A stretch of 34,757 bases of DNA from positions 1 through 34,757 of the IMG/VR virus record IMGVR_UViG_3300044939_000036; one strand, 5' to 3'. The notes under the pieces were generated by a model. That model was not told where the DNA came from and searched no databases. It saw only the letters and a program-made list of their open reading frames with translations. Both the position numbers and the translations under genes were made by a program. Shown piece by piece: positions 1 through 6,788 of this stretch. This stretch comes from a virus. Every line of letters begins with the position of its first letter. Positions within the stretch are counted from its first letter, which is position 1.

Positions 1-127
1 GCCCAGTCGTTGAACTTGTCTTCGACCGCAGATTGGTCGAGCACGTCGCCGTACTCGCCGTAGATCCGCATGATCGCCTCGAAAAACAGGTTCTTGCCAG
101 CACCCTGCGGCCCGTGCACAACCACGG
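1..127. repeat. Terminal duplication, copy 1 (identical to 34631-34757)
   Basis: Base-by-base identity read directly. The overlap runs to the last base of the window. Confidence 0.97.
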
Positions 128-1667
128 TAGTTTTCATCTTCGCGCCCGGATGCTGGATCGGATACGCAACCCACCGCAGAACCCACTGATACAGCCCCTC
201 CGGGTCGCGATCCTGGCTGCACAGGTAGCGCAGCAGGTCGAGCAGCCGTTCGCAGCGGCCAGCCTTTGGTTTCGTCGGCCACCCAGCGAATAGATTGCAC
301 TTCACCTCAGGATCACGGCCGGTCGGGTCAAAGCCGACTTCCGACGGCCGCACGATCTTGCGGTCCGGCGACTCCGACCACGCCCGCCAGATCAGCCTGT
401 TGGCGCAGGCCTCGCGCATGTCAGACAGCGAGATCAGCCGATGCTCGACCGAATCGAACACCGCGCCGCCGTGCCCGTACACCAGAAAGAACCGCGACAG
501 CAGTTCATCCGGCGACAGGAATGGCCGAAGCGGCGACTCCGCGTCGCCGCCCCCGTCCCCTCCGGCCGGTGGCGGCGCGCTGAGGCGCTGCCGTGGCGAC
601 CAGCCGAGATCCGACAGGCAGGCCTCGACCTGTGTGCGCACCACGTGCAGGCCTTCCTTCACGTGGAGATCGTTGAAATCGGTGAGTTTCACGCCACGCG
701 ACAGGAAGGCCTCGCGCCTGCCAGCCTGATCCGCGAAACGCGGGGCCACCCATGCCCCGGACACCGCCAGCGCCGCGCTGCTGGCCGCGCTGATCCCGGC
801 ATTCTGACAGCCGTGCGGCTGGCCACAGTGTGGGCAGTCCTTGACCGCCTCCGACAGCACCAGCCGTTCGCCGCACTTCCGGCACTTACCGAGGTCATCA
901 TCGTCCGCGCAGATCAGGATCTTCGCCAGCGCGTACCGCTTGTGCAGCGCCTCGGCTACCGGCAGCAGGTTGCCAGCATCGAAGGCCACGGCCACCGGAT
1001 ATTGCGTGGCCATGTGCAGGCTGGCCGCTGTGGCGTAGCCCTCGGCGATCAGGATGATCCAGCTTGGGGAGCCAAGCAGGTGGAAGTGGCCGCGCTTGGC
1101 AAGTCCGCCCGGCCAAAACTCTTTGGCTGGCCGTTTTGCTTTCTCGGCGGCCGACGCCGTCCGCAGGAACTGCAGGCCGTGGATTTGGCCTGCCACATCG
1201 AGCAGCGGCACCACCGCCGTGCCGTTCGGTGTGTAGCGCAGGCCGAAGCCCTGCACGCACTTGGCCTGCAGGTAGCCTGCGACGCCGGCAGGCTCAGGCG
1301 CAAGCCGCGCCCACATCGCACGCGCACGCGCGGCGGCCTTGGCGTGCATCTCGGCCTGGGCGCGCTCGGCCTTCTTGCGGTCCTCGGCAGCACGCCTCTT
1401 GATGGCGGCCAGCTCATCTTTCGACAACTCACGCTTGCGCAGCTTGATCTTCTGCGCGCCGTTGTCGTTGCCGTGCCAGACCCCGTATGAGCCGACGATG
1501 AGCGCCTCGCCGCTGGAGGTGGTCAGCGCATGCAGGCAGTACCAGCCGCGCTTTTCGCGGTCGCCCTCGACCTTGCACCGCACCAGACGGCCAGAGACAT
1601 CGGGCGGGCCATCAAGGATCAGGCCAGCCTCGCGTAGCTGCGCAATGACGTCATTGAGGTTGCCCAT
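1..1667 (-). CDS. Toprim primase / SF3 helicase fusion, N-terminal 555 codons (continues across the junction into 33874-34630)
   Basis: Hand translation of the minus frame from ATG 1667 shows no stop down to base 1. It starts MGNLNDVIAQLREAG..GWYCLH..GSYGVWHGNDNGAQKI. Toprim motifs are IAEGYATAAS and ICADDDD. It runs in frame into VVVHGPQGAGK. The ORF track omits it because the stop lies outside this end of the window. Confidence 0.9.
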   Translation of the reverse strand, partial: MGNLNDVIAQLREAGLILDGPPDVSGRLVRCKVEGDREKRGWYCLHALTTSSGEALIVGSYGVWHGNDNGAQKIKLRKRELSKDELAAIKRRAAEDRKKAERAQAEMHAKAAARARAMWARLAPEPAGVAGYLQAKCVQGFGLRYTPNGTAVVPLLDVAGQIHGLQFLRTASAAEKAKRPAKEFWPGGLAKRGHFHLLGSPSWIILIAEGYATAASLHMATQYPVAVAFDAGNLLPVAEALHKRYALAKILICADDDDLGKCRKCGERLVLSEAVKDCPHCGQPHGCQNAGISAASSAALAVSGAWVAPRFADQAGRREAFLSRGVKLTDFNDLHVKEGLHVVRTQVEACLSDLGWSPRQRLSAPPPAGGDGGGDAESPLRPFLSPDELLSRFFLVYGHGGAVFDSVEHRLISLSDMREACANRLIWRAWSESPDRKIVRPSEVGFDPTGRDPEVKCNLFAGWPTKPKAGRCERLLDLLRYLCSQDRDPEGLYQWVLRWVAYPIQHPGAKMKTTVVVHGPQGAGKNLFFEAIMRIYGEYGDVLDQSAVEDKFNDW

Positions 1668-1832
1668 TCAGCAACCTCGACGCCCGCTATCTACCGTATC
1701 GACGGGGCCCGAATTACCCTCGACCGCCGCGGCCAGGAAGAACCTATCGCCCGGCGTCCAGGCCAGACGCCACGCATCGTGACTGCGCATCGCAGGGACT
1801 GAATCCGCCAGCGCGACAACCCAATCCAACAT
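1668..1832 (-). CDS. Hypothetical small protein (54 aa)
   Basis: ATG at 1832. Its TGA directly abuts the primase ATG (TGAATG). No clear SD. It is the tail of a longer, implausible ORF in the track. Confidence 0.3.
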   Translation of the reverse strand: MLDWVVALADSVPAMRSHDAWRLAWTPGDRFFLAAAVEGNSGPVDTVDSGRRGC

Positions 1833-1843
1833 GGGGCAAGGGG

Positions 1844-2035
1844 CTACACCGGCAACTCCAACTGAGGCCGGTAGTACGGGGCCTGCTGCGCAATCCGTTC
1901 GATGCGCTCCAGCTCCTCGCGGGTCGGGTTCAGGTCGGCATCCAGCAGCCGGATGCACTCCCGGAAGCGGGCGGCTGCATCCGGCCGTGGTGGCCTGTAG
2001 TGGTGTGCCTTGCGGCGGCGTGGCGTGGTGCGCAT
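1844..2035 (-). CDS. Hypothetical protein (63 aa)
   Basis: Protein-like composition (..LLDADLNPTREELERIERIAQQ..). Sits in the operon between the TraR-like gene and the primase. Confidence 0.55.
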   Translation of the reverse strand: MRTTPRRRKAHHYRPPRPDAAARFRECIRLLDADLNPTREELERIERIAQQAPYYRPQLELPV

Positions 2036-2038
2036 GGG

Positions 2039-2257
2039 TCATCGGTGCCTCCGTGTCATGTCGCGGTGTTCTTCCGCACGCTGGCAGTCCAGGCACAGGC
2101 GCGCGCCGAGGGCCTGCCGTTGCGGTGAGATGGGTTCGCCGCAGTCCAGGTTCGCGCAGGTCTCCCGGCCGGCTGCCGGGGCAGCGGCGCAGGCGGCCAG
2201 CGCATCTTCGATGGCGCGCAACTGCAGCTCTTGCGCGCGGTCGATCCAATCCGTCAT
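2039..2257 (-). CDS. TraR/DksA-family C4 zinc-finger protein
   Basis: CANLDCGEPI..(18 aa)..CLDCQ four-Cys motif preceded by a helical N-terminus, typical of phage TraR. Overlaps the upstream gene by 4 nt. Confidence 0.8.
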   Translation of the reverse strand: MTDWIDRAQELQLRAIEDALAACAAAPAAGRETCANLDCGEPISPQRQALGARLCLDCQRAEEHRDMTRRHR

Positions 2258-2592
2258 GCCTTGGCCTCCGCCAGCAGCTTGGCGAGCTGATCCACCAGTG
2301 CCGGGATGGCGGCCAGGGCCTGTTTCTGCCTGGTCTCAGCGTCCTGCAGGTAGCGGGCAGCCCAGTACAGGGCAGGGGTGGTATCCCCGAACTCGCGCAT
2401 GTAGCGCTCGACAATCTCCGGGTCCAGGTGGCGCTCTCCGGACAGCATCTGCGACAGGGCGGACGGGGCCGCATCGACGGCAGCCGCAACCCGGCCAAGC
2501 CCGCGCTGATACACGCACGCAGCGAAGCACTCCCGCAGATCGCGGTAGCGCTGTCCTAGCCCTGGCTCGAATGTCAAACTCAGCTGCTGCAT
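2254..2592 (-). CDS. HTH regulatory protein (CII/CP76-like by pattern; tentative)
   Basis: The segment GRVAAAVDAAPSALSQMLSG looks like an HTH. ATG at 2592, with an in-frame GTG at 2595, and AAGGGA as SD. First gene of the minus early operon, 19 nt from the operator palindrome. Confidence 0.65.
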   Translation of the reverse strand: MQQLSLTFEPGLGQRYRDLRECFAACVYQRGLGRVAAAVDAAPSALSQMLSGERHLDPEIVERYMREFGDTTPALYWAARYLQDAETRQKQALAAIPALVDQLAKLLAEAKA

Positions 2593-2610
2593 CACCGCAT
2601 CCCTTGGCCT

Positions 2611-2660
2611 TGTGAACCGCTGTAAATCCCTGTGAACGATCGTTTACAGCGATTTACAGC
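2611..2660. promoter_or_regulatory. Operator: five TGT(G/A)AA(C/T) boxes at 10-bp phasing forming a 42-bp near-perfect palindrome (2619-2660) centred on GATC
   Basis: Direct boxes start at 2611, 2621 and 2631. Inverted boxes lie at 2642-2648 and 2652-2658. The two 21-nt arms match at 19 of 21 positions. Lies between the divergent genes at 2592(-) and 2731(+). Confidence 0.6.
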
Positions 2661-2730
2661 CCTAGCCGAAAAAATGGCCGCGCCCATCCGGGCACGGCCA
2701 CCACCTCACCCCAACAACTGGAGTGCACCA

Positions 2731-2961
2731 ATGGACACCAACACACCTTCCGAAGTCCTGAACATCACGCAGGAAACCCTGCGCGTGCTGACCATCTGCC
2801 TGGCCGCATCGGCCAATGCCGACATGGCCAAGCTCAGCGAGCTGCTCCGGCTGTTCGCCGAGCAGCCCGTCATCGACCCGCTGGCGCGGGCGATGCTGCT
2901 GGACATCGCCCAGGGCGTGGAGGTCATCCACACCGGGAAGCTGCCAGCAGGGGACGCCTGA
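2731..2961 (+). CDS. Hypothetical protein (76 aa)
   Basis: ATG 2731 with GGAG 7 nt upstream. High GC3 and helical, protein-like sequence. The upstream extension to 2632 runs through the operator and looks non-coding. Confidence 0.6.
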   Translation: MDTNTPSEVLNITQETLRVLTICLAASANADMAKLSELLRLFAEQPVIDPLARAMLLDIAQGVEVIHTGKLPAGDA

Positions 2962-2968
2962 CGGCGCA

Positions 2969-3184
2969 TCAGGCAGCCGCCTCACGTTCTGGCCTGGCCG
3001 ATGGGCCCTCGCCGCGCGAGTGCAGCTCATAGAGCCTGACGGCTGCCATCCCACCGGGGGCCTTAGTACGCCCCTGCTTGATGTCGCTGACCGCCTGCGG
3101 CGACAGCCCAATGGCACGTGCAAGCCCCGTGAGGGACCAGCCAAGGCCTTCGAGGTCAAGGATCATGCGTTTCCAGTTCGTCAT
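2969..3184 (-). CDS. Cro-like small HTH protein
   Basis: HTH segment SLTGLARAIGLSPQAVSDIKQG. Divergent from the cI-like repressor. Its ATG lies 8 nt after a predicted -10 box, so the mRNA may be leaderless. Confidence 0.7.
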   Translation of the reverse strand: MTNWKRMILDLEGLGWSLTGLARAIGLSPQAVSDIKQGRTKAPGGMAAVRLYELHSRGEGPSARPEREAAA

Positions 3185-3192
3185 GGCACAAG

Positions 3193-3232
3193 AATCTACG
3201 GCGTACCGTTCCTGTTGTCAACGGCCCCCCGT
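3193..3232 (-). promoter_or_regulatory. Sigma70-like promoter (minus strand: TTGACA 3221-3216, N17, TAGATT 3198-3193) with two ACGG-N4-CCGT operators (3198-3209, 3221-3232)
   Basis: Hexamers and spacing read directly. The operators are 23 bp apart. One overlaps the -10 box by 1 nt and the other overlaps the -35 box by 1 nt. The architecture is paralogous to 4689-4728. Confidence 0.55.
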
Positions 3233-3257
3233 TACGGAATCCCGCAACAATCACCAC

Positions 3258-3932
3258 ATGACTGGAATCGGTGACCGCGTTCGACAAATCCGGGAGTCCA
3301 AGACCCCGAAGTGGTCGCGCAAGTACTTGTCTCAGCTCACTGGGATATCCGAGACGGCAATCAGCGATCTCGAGCTAGGGCGAAGCAAGCGGAGCCTCTC
3401 CCTGCACAAGCTCGCGGACGCGCTCGGGGTGACGGCAACATGGCTTGAGACGGGGAGAGGGCCGCGAGAAAAGTCCGCTGTCCCCACAGATGACCTGTTC
3501 ACGGAAGTCACCGCATTCGCTGCCTCTGTCGGCCTGAGCGATGGCGAAGAAGCGCATGAGTACGCGACCACGCACGGCCTGAAGTTCCGCACGGACACGC
3601 TGCGCGAAAAGGGCTTGCTCGGGGCTAATCTGGCCGTGCTGTACGGGAAGGGCGACAGCATGTCACCGCTGATCGAGACAGGCGATGCCGTGCTGTTCGA
3701 CCTGGGCGACACCACGCCACGCCACGAATGCCTGTACGTGGTGCAGCTTCCGGGCGTGAGCGTCCATAACCAAATCAGCGTGAAGCGCGCCGAGCTGATC
3801 GGCGACATCGTGACCTTCCGCGCACTCAACCCGGCCGGTGACCACAACTGGCGCAAGCCCAGGCTCATGAACGACCCGCGCAACCCGATCACCGTGGTCG
3901 GCCGGGTGCGCTGGATCGGCAAATGGCTTTGA
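3258..3932 (+). CDS. cI: cI-like repressor (XRE HTH plus LexA/S24 autopeptidase domain)
   Basis: N-terminal HTH YLSQLTGISETAISDLELG. C-terminal GDSMSP (catalytic Ser) and a downstream VKR Lys region. The start is chosen at ATG 3258. The longer track ORF overlaps the divergent cro-like gene. Confidence 0.9.
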   Translation: MTGIGDRVRQIRESKTPKWSRKYLSQLTGISETAISDLELGRSKRSLSLHKLADALGVTATWLETGRGPREKSAVPTDDLFTEVTAFAASVGLSDGEEAHEYATTHGLKFRTDTLREKGLLGANLAVLYGKGDSMSPLIETGDAVLFDLGDTTPRHECLYVVQLPGVSVHNQISVKRAELIGDIVTFRALNPAGDHNWRKPRLMNDPRNPITVVGRVRWIGKWL

Positions 3933-3953
3933 CCACCCCAAGAGGAACGACCG

Positions 3954-4211
3954 ATGGAACGTGAACGCATCCTGCAACCCAAAGACCCCAAGGACAAGGG
4001 CCCCAAAGAAGACCTCGGAATCAGGATGACGCGAGGCATCGGCATCCTGTTCGAGACGTTTGCATGGCTTGCCGTCACGTTTTTATCCGGCGCGTCCATG
4101 CTCGCGATGTTTGCATCTCCAGGCGACGGGCCGCCCATCCCGGCGCTCCTTGCGGCAACGGTGATCCCGTACTGCTTTGCACGCTCGATCCAGCAGCTCC
4201 GCCGCATGTGA
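3954..4211 (+). CDS. Small membrane protein (about 2 TM) downstream of the repressor
   Basis: AGAGGA SD 7 nt before the ATG. Hydrophobic segments GIGILFETFAWLAVTFLSGASMLAMF and IPALLAATVIPYCF. Confidence 0.65.
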   Translation: MERERILQPKDPKDKGPKEDLGIRMTRGIGILFETFAWLAVTFLSGASMLAMFASPGDGPPIPALLAATVIPYCFARSIQQLRRM

Positions 4212-4235
4212 CCTGCGGCGTTAGGTTTGCAGCTC

Positions 4236-4562
4236 ATGTCTGACGCACCGAAAGTCAAGGTCCATCTCGATGGTGAGTTCTCCGCCAGCGAACTTGAAGG
4301 AATAATTCACAGACTTGCGCAAGCGCGCGCCAGCCTCTTGCCGGCTGTGCCACGTGATCCGCCCTCTATTGCCTCCGATGCTGAGGCGCTTGTCCAGGAA
4401 GAGGCAGAATTTCGTGTCCGCACACTTGCAGACGGGGGGCTTCGCATCTGGCTGCGCAACGAGGGCCTTGGGTGGATTGCTTTCACTGTGAGCCGACGGG
4501 ATAGAGATTCCCTGGCCGAGTTCCTCAGCAAGAAGATCGGCCACTCGCACAAGTCGCACTGA
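4236..4562 (+). CDS. Hypothetical protein (108 aa), immunity-region moron
   Basis: Same direction as cI. Lower GC than its flanks. The sequence (..GLRIWLRNEGLGWIAFTVSRRDRDSL..) is more protein-like than the antisense ORF 4221-4595. Confidence 0.5.
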   Translation: MSDAPKVKVHLDGEFSASELEGIIHRLAQARASLLPAVPRDPPSIASDAEALVQEEAEFRVRTLADGGLRIWLRNEGLGWIAFTVSRRDRDSLAEFLSKKIGHSHKSH

Positions 4563-4688
4563 CATCACGCCCTCCATAGGGTGTAAACCAAACAATTCGT
4601 TCGCCTCGCCGCCGCCTTGCGGCGCGGCTTAGCTCAGGCTGCCGCCACAGCGCCCCATCGGCGCGAGGCACAGCCTAGCAAAAAATCT

Positions 4689-4728
4689 ACGGCACCCCGT
4701 TGACAACAACAACGGTGCCCCGTATTTT
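4689..4728 (+). promoter_or_regulatory. Sigma70-like early promoter (TTGACA 4700-4705, N17, TATTTT 4723-4728) with two ACGG-N4-CCGT operators (4689-4700, 4712-4723)
   Basis: Read directly. About 23 of 29 nt from the -35 box to the -10 box are identical to the promoter at 3193-3221 on the other strand. Confidence 0.6.
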
Positions 4729-4858
4729 CCCCCTGCCGGCACCCGCCGGCGGGGCAACACGGCGCGGCGTAGCCTCCCCATACGTCCACCGTGGGCCCGG
4801 CGACAGGCCTCCCCTTCCTGCCGCCGGGCTGCCATCCACCTGATCCCGTGGAGGCAGC

Positions 4859-5200
4859 ATGGACACCATCCTGTATTTCCAGCGCGCCGGCGGCGCGCTC
4901 AAGCTCAAAATCCGCATCTCCGCGACATCCGTCGCGGCTGCCCTGATCACCGAAGACGGCGTGATCGGCCACGCCTGGGTGCCGCTGGATGAGGCCTGGG
5001 TTTCGGTTCGGCCGGACAAAGACCCGGCCATCGACCCGCTGCCGGATGCGCTGCACCTGCGCGACACCGCGATCTTCGTCTCGAAGGATGAGGCGCAGCA
5101 GATCCTGGCCGCGCTTTCGCGGGAAAACGAGGTGACGGAAAAGCTCAGCGAATGGCTTGGCCGCAAGCTGTTCCAGCCTCACCGCGGGGAGGCGGCATGA
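4859..5200 (+). CDS. Hypothetical early protein (113 aa)
   Basis: GGAGG SD before the ATG. First gene after the 4700 promoter. Protein-like sequence. Confidence 0.65.
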   Translation: MDTILYFQRAGGALKLKIRISATSVAAALITEDGVIGHAWVPLDEAWVSVRPDKDPAIDPLPDALHLRDTAIFVSKDEAQQILAALSRENEVTEKLSEWLGRKLFQPHRGEAA

Positions 5201-5499
5201 CGCACATGACCGCCATCGACCGCGCCGTGCGCATGGCCCGGCAGCACCCGGAGTACACGCACTGGATGGGCGATGAGGCCATCCGCGCAGCGGCTGCTGT
5301 CCGCGCGCTGGTTGAAACCTGCGAGATCGCCGCCGAGGAACTGATCCGCGCCGGCCGCGCCCGCATCGGAATCGCCCTGATTGCAGCGGTTGCCGACTTC
5401 CGCGCACCACCACCCAACACCACTGGCGTGCTGACCGGGAATGCCGACCTTGAGTCCGCGCACGCCCACCTCGACTCACGCCCGGAGGAACAGGCATGA
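5197..5499 (+). CDS. Hypothetical early protein (100 aa)
   Basis: ATGA start/stop overlap with the upstream gene, and GGGGAGG as SD. Confidence 0.6.
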   Translation: MTHMTAIDRAVRMARQHPEYTHWMGDEAIRAAAAVRALVETCEIAAEELIRAGRARIGIALIAAVADFRAPPPNTTGVLTGNADLESAHAHLDSRPEEQA

Positions 5500-5735
5500 A
5501 ACGCGCCCATCTCCACGTGCTGCCCGTCCTGCAGCGCCACATCCTGCACATCACCCGCGCGCACGCACGCGACTGGACGCCAGCGCGCACCGACATCGCC
5601 GACCTGCAACAGCGCATGCGTGCGCAGTCCCTGCTGGCCGGCTGGCTGGTGTACCGCGACGGCAGCACCAACCCTGGCGTGCTGACGCTGGCACAGGCCA
5701 TCGACGTTCTGACCTGGGCGGAGGTGCTGGCATGA
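5496..5735 (+). CDS. Hypothetical early protein (79 aa)
   Basis: ATGA overlap coupling. Confidence 0.6.
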   Translation: MKRAHLHVLPVLQRHILHITRAHARDWTPARTDIADLQQRMRAQSLLAGWLVYRDGSTNPGVLTLAQAIDVLTWAEVLA

Positions 5736-5947
5736 ACGACATCACGCTAGCGGACGCCGACAAGCTGGACGAACTGGCCGCCATCGCCTTGCAGGGTCTG
5801 CTGGCGGGCGGCTGGTCAGGGCATCCGTCAACCGCCGCATCGTCGGCCTACCAGCACGCCGCGTGCATGTTGTACGAGCGCGCCAAGTGGCGCGCATTGC
5901 TGGCAGAGAGGGCAGCAGGATGCGACGTCCAAACCCAGAAAGCCTGA
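5732..5947 (+). CDS. Hypothetical early protein (71 aa)
   Basis: ATGA overlap coupling. The start is chosen inside the longer track ORF 5441-5947. Confidence 0.55.
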   Translation: MNDITLADADKLDELAAIALQGLLAGGWSGHPSTAASSAYQHAACMLYERAKWRALLAERAAGCDVQTQKA

Positions 5948-6408
5948 CGCAGACGCTGCTGCGAGCCGTGCACGCGCATCCTGGCCTCGGCCTGCGCGAC
6001 CTGCTGAAAGCGGCAGGCATCGCCCAGGACCGCTACATGACAGCCAGCGCGCTTATCGCCTATCTGGCCAAGCAGGGCAAGGTGCAGAGCATCCGTGAGC
6101 CGGGGCGACACAAGGCCCGCTATTTCCCGGCCGGCGCGAAGGTCGAGCCGCCGAAGCGGCAAGGCCCGCCGCCTCCGACCGAGGAATACCGGAAGTTCCG
6201 GTTCGTGCAGCCGACGATTGAGACCGCCTTCAAGAAGGCCGCGCAGCCAGAGACCGTCGAGGAATGGATGGCTCGAACCGGCAAGCGGCCCGAGGTGCTT
6301 CCGCCAGGCGCATGCAGCAAGCCTGTCCTGAAGTTCGACTACAGCCCGACCGCAACGACCAAGCGCAAGCCGGTCATCCGCACGCGCAGAACGGAGATCA
6401 CCGCATGA
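5920..6408 (+). CDS. Hypothetical protein with winged-helix-like N-terminus and basic tail (162 aa)
   Basis: LLRAVHAHPGLGLRDLLKAAGI..LIAYLAKQGKVQS resembles a wHTH. Start uncertain (ATG 5920). Confidence 0.55.
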   Translation: MRRPNPESLTQTLLRAVHAHPGLGLRDLLKAAGIAQDRYMTASALIAYLAKQGKVQSIREPGRHKARYFPAGAKVEPPKRQGPPPPTEEYRKFRFVQPTIETAFKKAAQPETVEEWMARTGKRPEVLPPGACSKPVLKFDYSPTATTKRKPVIRTRRTEITA

Positions 6409-6788
6409 TGGACCCCTACGGAATCCCTCAACACGCGCCGGGCGCGAAGCTCGACGCCAACAAGCCGCAGGCGCGGCTGATCATCCACGGCATGCCGCGT
6501 GCGCTGCTGGCGGTGATCGCCGTCGCCGACTACGGCGCGAAGAAATACACCACCGACGGCTGGCGCACTGTTCCAAACGCCATCCCGCGCTACACGGACG
6601 CCATGCTGCGCCACTTGCTGGCCGAAGGCATGGAGCAGCGAGACCCCGAAAGCGGCTTGCTGCATGCGGCACATGCCGCCTGGAACGCTCTGGCGCGGCT
6701 GGAACTGATGCTGCTGGACGATGACCTGTGGCACGCGGCCCGCGCCGCGATCCGCGAGCACGCGCTGGAGGTGGCCGATGCCGATTGA
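6405..6788 (+). CDS. DUF5664-like protein (dATP/dGTP diphosphohydrolase N-terminal-domain family by motif)
   Basis: Motif string KLDANKP..ALLAVIAVADYGAKKY..GW..RYTDAMLRHLLAE..RDPESGLLHAAHAAWNALARLEL matches my memory of that family. ATGA coupling. Confidence 0.6.
   Translation: MMDPYGIPQHAPGAKLDANKPQARLIIHGMPRALLAVIAVADYGAKKYTTDGWRTVPNAIPRYTDAMLRHLLAEGMEQRDPESGLLHAAHAAWNALARLELMLLDDDLWHAARAAIREHALEVADAD

Noticed and set aside
1-127. The 127-bp end duplication as a biological direct terminal repeat, LTR or IS end
   Set aside because: It lies in the middle of a continuous helicase coding frame. Its length equals a common assembler k-mer, and the terminase is of the lambda cos type rather than a DTR packager. 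It is kept as a circularisation overlap and remains testable with reads.
441-1490. 349-aa plus-strand ORF and several 60-145-aa ORFs covering 33-1490
   Set aside because: They lie antisense to, or out of frame with, the continuous 555-codon primase reading frame that I translated by hand. They are Arg/Ala/Pro-rich and have no SD, which is typical of shadow ORFs in GC-rich DNA.
2632-2730. N-terminal extensions of track ORFs (2632 for the 76-aa gene, 3078 for cI, 9971 for int, 17414 for J, 24304 for the neck protein, 26283 for the holin)
   Set aside because: The extensions run through operators, divergent genes or upstream coupled genes and lack an SD. Internal ATG/GTG starts with an SD or ATGA overlaps fit better.
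2955-2973. Short inverted repeat GCCTGA-N7-TCAGGC between the convergent 76-aa and cro-like genes
   Set aside because: The stem is 6 bp with no T tract on either strand. It could be a weak bidirectional terminator, but the sequence alone does not support that.
4221-4595. 124-aa minus-strand ORF opposite 4236-4562
   Set aside because: It would converge on cI with no promoter or SD, and its sequence is less protein-like than the plus-strand ORF. This remains uncertain.
4600-4630. Possible terminator hairpin after the 108-aa moron (GCCGCC-TTGC-GGCGCGGC)
   Set aside because: The stem needs bulges, only 4-5 bp are contiguous, and there is no T tract. It is too weak to call.
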